Below, in pieces: positions 24,800-34,661 of a stretch of 36,234 bases of DNA. Position numbers and translations under genes: made by a program. The notes below the pieces were generated by a model, which made no database searches, was not told the DNA's origin, and saw only the letters and a list, made by a program, of their open reading frames with translations. Within the stretch, counting starts at the first letter, position 1. Each line of letters begins with the position of its first letter. This DNA is from an uncultured Muribaculaceae bacterium (GTDB taxonomy: Bacteria; Bacillota_I; Bacilli_A; RF39; UBA660): the NCBI GenBank assembly GCA_964523265.1, contig CAZFXQ010000005.1, forward strand, positions 1 to 36,234, read 5' to 3'.

Positions 24800-27760
24800 A
24801 TGTATTTAAAACAAATAAAAACGGTTGGTTTTAAATCGTTTGCTGATAAAGTAATAATTGATTTTGATAATGGTATATCTGGTATTGTTGGACCAAATGG
24901 TAGTGGTAAAAGTAATGTTGTTGATGCAGTACGCTGGGTATTGGGAGAACAATCAGTTAAGGCACTTCGTGGTGAGGCATCAATGAGTGATGTTATTTTT
25001 TCAGGAAGTAAATCAAGAAAAGCATCATCAAGTGCTAGTGTAACACTTGTTTTTGATAATACTGATAAGTATTTACCTATTGATTATTCAGAAGTTGAGA
25101 TAAAAAGATGTGTTTATAAAACTGGTGAAAATGAATACTTTATTAATAATGAGAAGTGTCGCTTAAAAGATATTACTGATTTATTAATTGATACAGGAGT
25201 TTCTAAAGAATCATTTAATATTATTTCTCAAGGAGATATAGGAATAATTTTATCTAGTAAACCAGAAGATAGGAGAATAATATTTGATGCATGTGCGAAT
25301 GTTTTAAAGTATAAAAAAAGAAAAGAAGAAGCTTTAAGAAAATTAGAGCGTACTCATGATAATATGGCACGAATAAATGATATTATTTTAGAGTTAGAAA
25401 GTAGTATTAAGCCACTTGAAAAGCAAAGTCGTGATGCTAAAAAATATTTAGATAACAAAAAGAAATTAGATGAAATAGAAGTATCTTTGATTGTTAGTGA
25501 GGTAGAAGATATTAATTATAATTATCAGTTAAATAAGAAAAATGTATCAAAATTAAAACAAGAAATAGTAGAAATTGAATCAAACAGTAACATAGATAAT
25601 TCAAAGATAGAGAAAATGAAACATGATTTAGCTAAACAAAATGAAGAATTATATACTATGCAAAGTGAACTTGTTAAAAAATCTAGTTTAAAAGAAAAAT
25701 TAGATGGAAAAAGAAAAATAATATTAGAAAGAAAAAAGTATGAAAAAGAAAATAGTAAAGTACATGATAATATAGTTTTATTAAATGATAATCTTTTGAA
25801 AATAAAAAATGATATATCTAGTATAGATACAAATATTTATAGTATCAATGAAAGATTATCTTATATTAATAACAGTATTAATAATGAAGAAAAAGAGTTT
25901 AATGTATTAAAATTAAAACATGATAAGATATACAGTGATTTACTTAATAATAACAAATTAGAAAATGAAACAAAATATAAGATTGAAATAATAAGGAATT
26001 CATTAGAAAATAATGAACTTTTACCATATTCAATTAAAAATGTAATAAATAATCCAAAACTAGCAGGCATTAGGGGTGTTATAGCAAATGTTATCAAAGT
26101 AGATAGTGATTATGATTTATGTATAACATCTGCATTATCTTCAGCATTAAATTACGTTATATGTGATGATGAAGTTTGTGCAAAAGAAGCAATTAATTAT
26201 TTAAAAACAAATAATTTTTCACGAATAACTTTTTTTCCAATTAATATAATTAAATCAAGAAAAATTGATGATACTACATCTCATTTATTAAAAAATGAAG
26301 AAGGTTTTGTTGATATTGCATCTAATTTAGTTGCCTGTGATGACATATATAAAAATATTATTGAAAACCAGTTAGGTACAACAATTGTTACAAAAAATAT
26401 TGATTATGCAAATTATATTGCAAGAAAGATTAATTATAAATATAAAGTTGTAACATTAGATGGTGAAGTTCTTCATATAGGAGGTTCAATAACTGGCGGA
26501 ACTCTTAAAAACAATAATAATATGATAATGCAAAAACATGGTTTAGAAGAGAATTTAAAAACTATAGAAACATTAATTAAAAAAAGAGAAGAATTAGAAA
26601 GCATAATAAATGATTATGGTGAAGGATTTAAATTAATTGATGATAAGAAGAATAAATTATTAGAAGAAAAGACTAAATACGAAGCATTATTAAATATTGA
26701 ATATAAAAGAAAAGAAGAGTTAAATAAAAAAGAACTTGATTTAACTGATGAAATAAATAGTTTAAGTGGTGTTGTAAATGATACTTTAGAAGATGAAGAG
26801 AAGAAAGTAATGGAAGATTACTATAACGCTTTAAACGAAGAAAATGATCTATCAATAAAGATAGACAGTATTAAAACACTAGTAAATTCATATAACGATG
26901 AAATAAATCATATGGAAAAAGAATCAAAGGTAGCAAATACATTATTCTATAAAAAGAATGAAGAATTAAAAGAACTTGAAATATTAGTAAATAGAGATGA
27001 TGTAAAGTTAGATAATTTACTTAATACTTTAACTGAAGACTATGGTATGACATTTGAGAAAGCTAAAGCTAATTACTTTTTGGATATTGATATAAAAGAA
27101 GCTAGAAACATTGTTGATAAGTGTAAACTTGAAATTAAAAAACTTGGAGATGTTAACATAGGTGCTATTGAAGAATATGAAAGAGTGTCTAAAAGATATG
27201 AATTTTTAAATAATCAAAAAAGAGATTTAGAAAATGCGGAAGATACTATTTTAAAAATTATAAAAGAATTAGATGAAGTAATGAAAGAAAAATTTTTAAA
27301 TACTTTTAATGAAGTTAAAATAAAATTTAAAGAAGTATTTAAAAAATTATTTGGTGGAGGTAACGCGGAACTCAAATTAACTGATCCTGATAGTATTTTA
27401 ACAACTGGTATTGATATTAGCGCTTTACCACCAGGAAAAACATTAAAACACATTTCACTTTTATCAGGTGGTGAAAAAACTCTTACAGCAATTTCTTTAT
27501 TATTTGCAATATTAGAAGTAAGACCAGTACCTTTTTGTATTCTAGATGAGGTAGAAGCTGCACTTGATGAGGTTAATGTTGATAATTTTGGTAAATTCTT
27601 AAGAGAATTTAAAAAGAAAACACAGTTTATTGTTATAACTCATAAGAAAAAAACAATGGAGTATGCTGATTGTTTATATGGTATAACTATGCAAGAATCT
27701 GGAATTTCAAAACTTGTAAGTGTAAAATTAGAAGATATTAAAGAAGAAAATGATGAATAA
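24800..27760 (+). CDS. smc: chromosome segregation protein SMC (short, 986 aa)
   Basis: Walker A GPNGSGKSN, hinge region, signature LSGGEK, Walker B CILDEVEAALD, and long coiled-coil arms. Confidence 0.95.
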   Translation: MYLKQIKTVGFKSFADKVIIDFDNGISGIVGPNGSGKSNVVDAVRWVLGEQSVKALRGEASMSDVIFSGSKSRKASSSASVTLVFDNTDKYLPIDYSEVEIKRCVYKTGENEYFINNEKCRLKDITDLLIDTGVSKESFNIISQGDIGIILSSKPEDRRIIFDACANVLKYKKRKEEALRKLERTHDNMARINDIILELESSIKPLEKQSRDAKKYLDNKKKLDEIEVSLIVSEVEDINYNYQLNKKNVSKLKQEIVEIESNSNIDNSKIEKMKHDLAKQNEELYTMQSELVKKSSLKEKLDGKRKIILERKKYEKENSKVHDNIVLLNDNLLKIKNDISSIDTNIYSINERLSYINNSINNEEKEFNVLKLKHDKIYSDLLNNNKLENETKYKIEIIRNSLENNELLPYSIKNVINNPKLAGIRGVIANVIKVDSDYDLCITSALSSALNYVICDDEVCAKEAINYLKTNNFSRITFFPINIIKSRKIDDTTSHLLKNEEGFVDIASNLVACDDIYKNIIENQLGTTIVTKNIDYANYIARKINYKYKVVTLDGEVLHIGGSITGGTLKNNNNMIMQKHGLEENLKTIETLIKKREELESIINDYGEGFKLIDDKKNKLLEEKTKYEALLNIEYKRKEELNKKELDLTDEINSLSGVVNDTLEDEEKKVMEDYYNALNEENDLSIKIDSIKTLVNSYNDEINHMEKESKVANTLFYKKNEELKELEILVNRDDVKLDNLLNTLTEDYGMTFEKAKANYFLDIDIKEARNIVDKCKLEIKKLGDVNIGAIEEYERVSKRYEFLNNQKRDLENAEDTILKIIKELDEVMKEKFLNTFNEVKIKFKEVFKKLFGGGNAELKLTDPDSILTTGIDISALPPGKTLKHISLLSGGEKTLTAISLLFAILEVRPVPFCILDEVEAALDEVNVDNFGKFLREFKKKTQFIVITHKKKTMEYADCLYGITMQESGISKLVSVKLEDIKEENDE

Positions 27761-27806
27761 TTAATGTTTTTATGTTATAATTATCATTGTAAAGGAGTTG
27801 ATTGAT

Positions 27807-28151
27807 ATGGCAAAGTTTTGTCCTAATTGCGGAACAGAAATTAATGGTGGAGCATGTCCTAATTGTGCTAAGCCACAAGTGAATAATGTCCAAAATACTG
27901 AAAAATCAAATGGTTTTGCTATAGCTGGTTTTATAATATCAATAGTATCACCAGTATTATGTTGTGGTTCATTATCAACTTTGAGTTTAATTTTATCAAT
28001 AGTTGGGCTTGTAACTGTTAATAAGAATGGTCAAAAGGGTAAGGGACTTGCAGTCGCGGGTATTGTAATAAGTGCTATTACATTGATTTTTTCAATGATT
28101 TTAGTATTTACTATTAATGTCACTGAAGTTTTAAGCAGTTTGGATTATTAA
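27807..28151 (+). CDS. zinc-ribbon / DUF4190-like small membrane protein
   Basis: CPNCG...CPNC zinc ribbon followed by two hydrophobic helices. The ORF track starts at TTG 27798. ATG 27807 sits 9 nt after AAAGGAG and is preferred. Confidence 0.7.
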   Translation: MAKFCPNCGTEINGGACPNCAKPQVNNVQNTEKSNGFAIAGFIISIVSPVLCCGSLSTLSLILSIVGLVTVNKNGQKGKGLAVAGIVISAITLIFSMILVFTINVTEVLSSLDY

Positions 28152-28156
28152 AAACT

Positions 28157-28567
28157 ATGAATAAATTTATAGATTTTTTTAAAAAGTATTATAATAGTAG
28201 AGCATCTATTATTGTAATATCTTTTTTAACTATTATTGTGTTACATTTTTTTACTGATCTATTATTATCATCAAAATATGTTTGTCCATTTAGATATTTA
28301 TTCAATATTTATTGTGCAGGATGTGGTACAACGAGAATGTTTTTATCAATATATAAATTACAGTTTTATCAAGCGTTCAGATATAATCCTTTAATGTTTC
28401 TTTATTTAATATTACTAATTTTTTATATTATATTTTGTTTTTTTAAGTATAGGAAGATAAAACTTCCAAATTATAAAGTAATAGTATTTCTTATTTTATT
28501 AATGTTTATTTTTATGATACTTAGAAATACTGAAACATTTTCATATCTTAAGCCAACAAAACTTTAA
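28157..28567 (+). CDS. DUF2752-family membrane protein
   Basis: The CPFRYLFNIYCAGCGTTRMF motif is characteristic of DUF2752. Polytopic hydrophobic profile. Confidence 0.7.
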   Translation: MNKFIDFFKKYYNSRASIIVISFLTIIVLHFFTDLLLSSKYVCPFRYLFNIYCAGCGTTRMFLSIYKLQFYQAFRYNPLMFLYLILLIFYIIFCFFKYRKIKLPNYKVIVFLILLMFIFMILRNTETFSYLKPTKL

Positions 28568-28597
28568 AAAACTAGATTTTTATAATCTAGTTTTTTT
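28566..28597. terminator. bidirectional terminator
   Basis: aaaaactagatt/aatctagttttt hairpin between convergent genes, flanked by A/T runs. Confidence 0.65.
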
Positions 28598-29144
28598 ATA
28601 TTGCCCTATACTTATCGCTATCTTTAAATGGATTATTCTTATCAATTTTATCAATGAATAAAATTCCTTCTAAATGATCCATTTCATGCTGTACACACAC
28701 TGATAAATCTTCTCTTGCTCTAAGAGTAAACTTATTACCATCTATGTCATACGCTTCAATAGTTACTCTTGCATATCTTGGAATAATACCAGGTACATCT
28801 CTATTAACACTTAAACATCCTTCACCTTGTTCAACATATATCTTTTCTGTACTATTACTTACTATTTTTGGATTAGCAAAAAAGTATTCTTTAAATGAAC
28901 CATCATCTTTTTCTTCTACAATTACAAACCATCTTTCATCTATTCCAAGCTGTATAGCAGAAAGTCCCCAACCAGCTCTTAAGTCATATTTTTTTGCATA
29001 TTTTTCTATTTGACTATATCTTAAGTTATCCATTGCACATTTAATTATATCTTTTTCTTCATTTGATATTGGAAATATAACTTCTTTACTTTTTAACCTA
29101 AGTCTTTTATCTTTTTCATCTAATATTTTTAATTTTTTAAACAC
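28596..29144 (-). CDS. def: peptide deformylase
   Basis: The three PDF motifs are present: GLSAIQLG, EGCLS and QHEMDHLEG. GTG start with AAAGGGGG upstream. Confidence 0.95.
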   Translation of the reverse strand: MFKKLKILDEKDKRLRLKSKEVIFPISNEEKDIIKCAMDNLRYSQIEKYAKKYDLRAGWGLSAIQLGIDERWFVIVEEKDDGSFKEYFFANPKIVSNSTEKIYVEQGEGCLSVNRDVPGIIPRYARVTIEAYDIDGNKFTLRAREDLSVCVQHEMDHLEGILFIDKIDKNNPFKDSDKYRAI

Positions 29145-29286
29145 AGGTACTTCAGCCCCCTTTAATAATTCAAGTGTATTTTAGCATAAATTATAAAAAG
29201 AGGCAACCTACGGTGTAATTATTTATTTAACCATTTATAATTTATTAAATATATGATAAAATAAATTTATAAAGTAGGAGGAAAAA

Positions 29287-30354
29287 ATGGACTATATAAT
29301 TATTGGATTATTAGTAGTTGTTTTAATAATAACAATTATTTCTTTGTTTAAAAATATAAATGAAAGTAACATAACTGAAAGATTAGGAAAATTAGAAACA
29401 AGTGTGGTAAAAGAACTTGGTGAGTTTAAGAGTGATTTAAGTAAGGATTTAAATAATGATTTTGATAAACTAAATGAAAAAATAGAAAGAAAGATAAATA
29501 ATATTAGTGATCATGTTAATGAAAGATTAGATGTTAATTTTGAAAAAACTAATAAAACATTTACATCAGTGCTTGAAAGATTATCAAAAATAGATGAAGC
29601 TCAAAAGAAAATAGATAGTCTTTCTTCTGATATAGTATCACTTGAAACCATATTAACTGATAAAAAAACAAGAGGTATTTTTGGTGAAGTTAATTTAAAA
29701 CAAATAATGACTAGTGTCTTTGGAGAAAATAATGATAGAATTTATAAAATGCAGTATACATTTAATACGGGTGTTATTGCAGATTGCGTTTTATTTGCAC
29801 CAGAACCACTTGGTGTAATTGCAATAGATTCAAAATTTCCTTTAGAAAATTACCGCATAATGATTGATAAAACAAAAAATTCTTTAGAAAGAAAAGAAGC
29901 TGAAAGAAAGTTTAAAATAGATGTAAAAAAACATATTGATGCAATTAAAGATAAATATATAATAAATGGTGTAACAAGCAATCAGGCAATGATGTTTTTA
30001 CCAGCTGAAGCTTTATTTGCGGAGCTTAATGCATATCATCAAGATATCATTGAATATGCATATAAAAATAGGGTATGGATTACATCACCTACGACATTAA
30101 TGAGTACACTTACAACTATCGAGCTTGTAATTAAAAACATAGAAAAAGATAAATATACAAACATAATTCATCAAGAATTAAATAAATTATCTATTGAGTT
30201 TTCTAGATATAAAGAAAGATGGGATAAATTATCAAGAAGCATTGATGCAGTAAGTCGTGATGCTAGTGAAATACATATTACAACAGATAAGATATCAAAA
30301 AGATTTGATGCTATAAATAATGTTGAAGTAAAAAAATTAGAGAGTGATGAATAA
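29287..30354 (+). CDS. rmuC: DNA recombination protein RmuC
   Basis: N-terminal TM helix, then a coiled coil. RGIFGEVNLKQIM...IDSKFPLENY...MFLPAEALFAEL matches the RmuC family pattern. Confidence 0.85.
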   Translation: MDYIIIGLLVVVLIITIISLFKNINESNITERLGKLETSVVKELGEFKSDLSKDLNNDFDKLNEKIERKINNISDHVNERLDVNFEKTNKTFTSVLERLSKIDEAQKKIDSLSSDIVSLETILTDKKTRGIFGEVNLKQIMTSVFGENNDRIYKMQYTFNTGVIADCVLFAPEPLGVIAIDSKFPLENYRIMIDKTKNSLERKEAERKFKIDVKKHIDAIKDKYIINGVTSNQAMMFLPAEALFAELNAYHQDIIEYAYKNRVWITSPTTLMSTLTTIELVIKNIEKDKYTNIIHQELNKLSIEFSRYKERWDKLSRSIDAVSRDASEIHITTDKISKRFDAINNVEVKKLESDE

Positions 30355-30359
30355 AAGAC

Positions 30360-30803
30360 CTAACGAGTCTTTTTTAGTATTTTTAAAATATTTTTTTCAT
30401 AATCAACGCATATTAAGTTTTTATATCTAAAGTTTACTTCTTCAAATGGTTTATCTATATTATTTATATTTTTAATTTTTTTATAATTTTTTATTTTTTT
30501 TCTTAATTTACAATTTAAACATGTGTATAAATTTAATCCATTAATATTAAATTCATTATTAAATATTTCTTTCATATTACCTGCGAGTATTATTTTTATA
30601 TTATTATTTATAGCTTTAATAATACTTTTTTTATTTTTAATTAGTTTTTCCTTAATTACATCAATATAGTTTTCATCATAGTTTCCAAAATAGTATATAT
30701 TATTTTTATTAAAATTAAGCTTATCATTTAATTTAATGTTGCTTGTAAAGTTGTTATCTATAAATTTATCATTTAAGAAATCTTTTTCTAATACTTTAAT
30801 CAT
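30360..30803 (-). CDS. hypothetical protein (147 aa, Asn/Lys-rich)
   Basis: An ORF that fills the intergenic gap between convergent and divergent neighbours. No motif. Coding status is uncertain in this AT-rich background. Confidence 0.45.
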   Translation of the reverse strand: MIKVLEKDFLNDKFIDNNFTSNIKLNDKLNFNKNNIYYFGNYDENYIDVIKEKLIKNKKSIIKAINNNIKIILAGNMKEIFNNEFNINGLNLYTCLNCKLRKKIKNYKKIKNINNIDKPFEEVNFRYKNLICVDYEKNILKILKKTR

Positions 30804-30922
30804 TTTTATTCACCTATTAATGTTTTGTATTAATTATAAAATTTTATACATATAGTCAATAAATAGTTGAAAAATAAAGAAAAATAAAGTATGATATAAC
30901 ATATATATAAAGAGGTGATTTT

Positions 30923-31636
30923 ATGGGAAGATTTCCAAATATAGCAGCATCGAAAGCAAAAACGGGTGCCCAAAAGGCAAAGGTGTATTCTAGTTATGCA
31001 AAAGAAATATATCAGGTAGCTAAACAAGGTGGCACTGATCCAAATGGTAATTTGCAACTTAGACATTTAATAGAAAAAGCAAAAAAAGAACAAGTTCCAG
31101 CAGATGTTATTAAAAGAGCTATTGATAAAGTAAATAGTGGTGCAGATGAAAGTTATACAGCTGTAAGATATGAAGGATTTATATCAGGTGGAGCAACTAT
31201 TATAATTGATTGTTTAACAGATAACGTTAATAGAACAGTAAGTTTGGTTAAAAATGCCTTTACAAAATCAAAAAATAAGATGGGTGTTTTAGGTTCAGTT
31301 TCTCATATGTATGAACATTTATCTATTGTGTCAGTTAGTAATATGACAGAAGATGAAGTACTTGAAGCATTGCTTTTAAAGGAAGTTGATGCAAAAGAAA
31401 TAGAAGTAGATGATAATGGTGTTAATATATATGGTGATCCATCAGATTTATACAAGATAAAAGATGCTATTTTATATTATAAAAAAGATGCAGATATCAT
31501 TTTAGAAGATGTACAAATGCTGCCAAATGAGATGGTGACATTATATGGTGAAGATAAAGAAAATTTTGATAAGTTATTAAATATGTTAGATGATATTGAA
31601 GATGTTCAAAAATATTATCATAACGTTAATTTATAA
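30923..31636 (+). CDS. YebC/PmpR-family transcriptional regulator / translation factor
   Basis: The N-terminus KAKTGAQKAKVYSSYAKEIYQVAKQGGTDPNGNLQLRHLIEKAKKEQVPADVIKRAI is the family hallmark. AGAGGTGA RBS. Confidence 0.9.
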   Translation: MGRFPNIAASKAKTGAQKAKVYSSYAKEIYQVAKQGGTDPNGNLQLRHLIEKAKKEQVPADVIKRAIDKVNSGADESYTAVRYEGFISGGATIIIDCLTDNVNRTVSLVKNAFTKSKNKMGVLGSVSHMYEHLSIVSVSNMTEDEVLEALLLKEVDAKEIEVDDNGVNIYGDPSDLYKIKDAILYYKKDADIILEDVQMLPNEMVTLYGEDKENFDKLLNMLDDIEDVQKYYHNVNL

Positions 31637-31655
31637 TTAATTTGTTGGGGGTTTT

Positions 31656-33008
31656 ATGACAATAGAACAATTAAAAAAGATAAAAGAAAAATTAGAAAAG
31701 TATAATTTAGTAAGTGTAATAGACAATATATCAGACTGGTTTGGAAAATTAAATGATAAACAAATAAAAAATATATTAAGTTTAAATTTATATTATGGAC
31801 AATTGGAAAAGTACAGTAAATTACTTATTAATTTAGCATTTTTAGATAGTGATAATTATTTATCTGATATAAAATTATTATTAATATATGAAGATAAAAT
31901 AAATGATACTAATGAAATATATAAATTACTAACAGATCCAAATTTTATTAATAGTAAATATCATAATGAAGATTTAAAATCTATATTATCTACAAAAGAT
32001 GAAGAAGCAAGAAAATACTTGATTAGACTTGCAATAAGTACAATATCAATAAATAGTAAATATCATAGAGAAGATATGACAAAATTATCATCTAAAATTT
32101 TTGAACATTATAATCATAACTTAGTAAAAAAAAGATACTCATTATATGAAAATTTTGTTAATTATGTAATTGCATTTTCAAAAACTAATGTGGATGATAA
32201 ATTTTATTCATATGATGGTTATAAAATCCTTGAGTCAAAAACTGAAGAAAAGTCAAATATAATACAAAGTGTATCTTTAAATAAACAATCTTTAGAAAGT
32301 AAATATCATGTAAATGATATTGAAATTATAATAAAGGCAAAATTTGATGAAATTGCAAGATATCTTGGTATGTTAGCTTGTGATGAAAATTCTTTAAAGC
32401 AAGATGATCATGAAGAGAATATGGTTTTTGTAAGTAGTGCAAAAAATACTAAACAAGCATATATACTATATTCTTTAATTAAAGAAAAATCTGAACTTTC
32501 AAATATCAATTATAATTTTATTATGAATACTGTTTTGAAATGTAATGATAGTTTTGCTTTACAAAGAGTATGTGATTTAATTGTAGATTATGGTTTAAAA
32601 AAAATTACACCATATATAAGTTTAATTATTAACTCATCAATTGATAAGTTTGATATGTTATGTGATTTATCTATTCATAGTGATGTATTTAGTCCTGATA
32701 TGATAGTTAAATTTAATAATATAAAGTATTTTCCAGCATCACGCTTATATTATAATGTTTTAATTAAGTATATGCATGACAGTAATAAATTAAATGATAT
32801 ATATGAAAAAGTACGCGATTTGCCTGATTTTGGAATACATAATGTTTTATCTAAATATTTAAATATAGATGAGCAGTCTAAAAAAGAAGTGAAAAAACAA
32901 GAAGATAAATTAATGAATAAGGAAAAGCTAGATTTAATGTATCAGAGTCCATTAAAGTATGTTGATGATAATAAATGTAATGAGTTATCTGGTAAGGTTT
33001 TAGTGTAA
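31656..33008 (+). CDS. repeat protein of unknown function (NSKYHxxD[LMI] repeats), tandem paralog 1
   Basis: 450 aa with no signal peptide. Recurring motifs are INSKYHNEDL, INSKYHREDM and LESKYHVNDI. The N- and C-termini closely match the next ORF. Confidence 0.75.
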   Translation: MTIEQLKKIKEKLEKYNLVSVIDNISDWFGKLNDKQIKNILSLNLYYGQLEKYSKLLINLAFLDSDNYLSDIKLLLIYEDKINDTNEIYKLLTDPNFINSKYHNEDLKSILSTKDEEARKYLIRLAISTISINSKYHREDMTKLSSKIFEHYNHNLVKKRYSLYENFVNYVIAFSKTNVDDKFYSYDGYKILESKTEEKSNIIQSVSLNKQSLESKYHVNDIEIIIKAKFDEIARYLGMLACDENSLKQDDHEENMVFVSSAKNTKQAYILYSLIKEKSELSNINYNFIMNTVLKCNDSFALQRVCDLIVDYGLKKITPYISLIINSSIDKFDMLCDLSIHSDVFSPDMIVKFNNIKYFPASRLYYNVLIKYMHDSNKLNDIYEKVRDLPDFGIHNVLSKYLNIDEQSKKEVKKQEDKLMNKEKLDLMYQSPLKYVDDNKCNELSGKVLV

Positions 33009-33034
33009 AATAGATTAGTGTGGAGGTAAGAATC

Positions 33035-34399
33035 ATGAATATAAATGAATTTGAATTAGTAAAAGAAAAATTAGAAAAATATAATTTAGTAGATGAAATA
33101 GAAAACATATCAAAGTGGTTTAGAAGATTAAAAGATAAACATATAAAGAATTTTTTGAATTTAAATTATAATGATCATTTAAAAAAATATAATAAATTGT
33201 TAGTTAATATTGGTTTTTTAAATAGCAATACTTATTTAGATGATGTAGACTTATTAGAAATGTATAATGATAAAGATATAGATGTTGATGAAATAACTAA
33301 TTTGTTAACAGATCCAGTTTTTATAAATAGTCCTTACCATAATAAAGATTTAGATTTTATTTTAGATGTTGACGATAAAAAAACTAGAAAGTATTTAATT
33401 GAACTTGCAAGAAGTACAATATCTATAAATAGTAAATATCATGAAGAAGATATGAGGTATTTATATAGTGTAATTTCAGTTGATACAGAGCAAAAAAGGA
33501 TAAAAAAAGATAAATACAAATTATATGAAAACTTTGTTGATTATGCGATTAAACATTCACGTCTTAATATAGAAGTTAAAGATAAGATTCACGAAACGGA
33601 TAGTTTTATGATACTTGGAGCTAAAAATATAGAAATGTCTGATAATTTGAAAGAGACAGCATTAAATAAGTATTCTTTAAATAGTAAATATCATAAGCAG
33701 GATATGGGTTATATATATAATGCAGAAGATAATAATATTTCAGAACTTTTAGGTAAATTAGCTCGTAATAAAGTTTCTTTAGAATCAGAATATCATACAC
33801 TTAGTATGGATTATTTAAGCAGGGCAAAAACTCATGAACAGGCATTGTTAGTTTATTATTTATCCACTAATAAAACTATGCTTTTAAGTGATAAATATAA
33901 TTCTATAGTATGTGACATTTTGAATTGTAGTAATACTCAAGTTATACATAAACTATATTATTCAATAATAAATAATAATTTAGAATATATAGCACCATAT
34001 ATAAGTTTAATTATTAACTCATCAAATGATAAATTTAATATGTTATGCGATTTAGCTTTGCATAGTGATTTATTTTCTCATGATATGATAGTTAAATTTA
34101 ATAATATCAAGTATTTTCCAGCAGCCCAGTTATACTATAAATTTTTTATGAAGAATATGAATTATATTGGCTTAACAGGATTAATATTTGATAAATTAAA
34201 TAATTTATCTGATTTTGAAATATATGAGTTTTTATCTGAGTATTTAAATATAGATGAAAAGCCTAAAGAAGAAGTAATAAAAGAAGAAGATAAATTAACA
34301 AATCAAGAAAAATTAGATTTAATGTATAAAAATGCATTAAAATATGTAGATGATAATAAGTGTAATGAGTTACCTACTAAAGTATTTGTAATAAAATAA
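33035..34399 (+). CDS. repeat protein of unknown function, tandem paralog 2
   Basis: The track start is GTG 33020. ATG 33035 follows GGAGGT and aligns MNINEFELVKEKLEKYNL with the paralog N-terminus. Motifs are INSPYHNKDL, INSKYHEEDM, LNSKYHKQDM and LESEYHTLSM. Confidence 0.75.
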   Translation: MNINEFELVKEKLEKYNLVDEIENISKWFRRLKDKHIKNFLNLNYNDHLKKYNKLLVNIGFLNSNTYLDDVDLLEMYNDKDIDVDEITNLLTDPVFINSPYHNKDLDFILDVDDKKTRKYLIELARSTISINSKYHEEDMRYLYSVISVDTEQKRIKKDKYKLYENFVDYAIKHSRLNIEVKDKIHETDSFMILGAKNIEMSDNLKETALNKYSLNSKYHKQDMGYIYNAEDNNISELLGKLARNKVSLESEYHTLSMDYLSRAKTHEQALLVYYLSTNKTMLLSDKYNSIVCDILNCSNTQVIHKLYYSIINNNLEYIAPYISLIINSSNDKFNMLCDLALHSDLFSHDMIVKFNNIKYFPAAQLYYKFFMKNMNYIGLTGLIFDKLNNLSDFEIYEFLSEYLNIDEKPKEEVIKEEDKLTNQEKLDLMYKNALKYVDDNKCNELPTKVFVIK

Positions 34400-34428
34400 T
34401 TGACATTAAAAATATAATATTATAAAAT
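34400..34428 (+). promoter_or_regulatory. promoter of the serS leader
   Basis: TTGACA (34400-34405), a 17-nt spacer, then TAAAAT (34423-34428). Confidence 0.5.
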
Positions 34429-34439
34429 TAAAATATATT

Positions 34440-34647
34440 TAAATTAATGATGAAGACTAGTAGTTATATTAATTATTTAAAGAGAGTCATTGGTTGGTGT
34501 TAAATGATAATAATTATATAATGAATCTACTTCTAAATGAAATGTTAAAAGCATTTCCGGTAAAAAAACCGTTATTAAAATTAAGAATAAGCTTGGATGG
34601 CACCGTGGTTAATATCACTCCAGCATAAAGGCTTATTCTTTTTATTT
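34440..34647 (+). promoter_or_regulatory. T-box riboswitch leader, serine specifier
   Basis: AGAGA box at 34481-34485. GAA-TCT-A specifier context at 34523-34529 (TCT = Ser). T-box sequence TTGGATGGCACCGTGG at about 34594-34609. Terminator arms aagaataagc (34583-34592) and gcttattctt (34631-34640) with a T-run. It lies directly upstream of serS. Confidence 0.8.
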
Positions 34648-34661
34648 AAAAGGAGGATAAA

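Noticed and set aside
24800-27760. SMC-like protein as a Wadjet or Lamassu defence ATPase.
   Set aside because: It sits in the classic rnc-smc housekeeping arrangement and has a canonical SMC hinge and signature motif. No JetA/B/D or LmuA/B-like genes are nearby.
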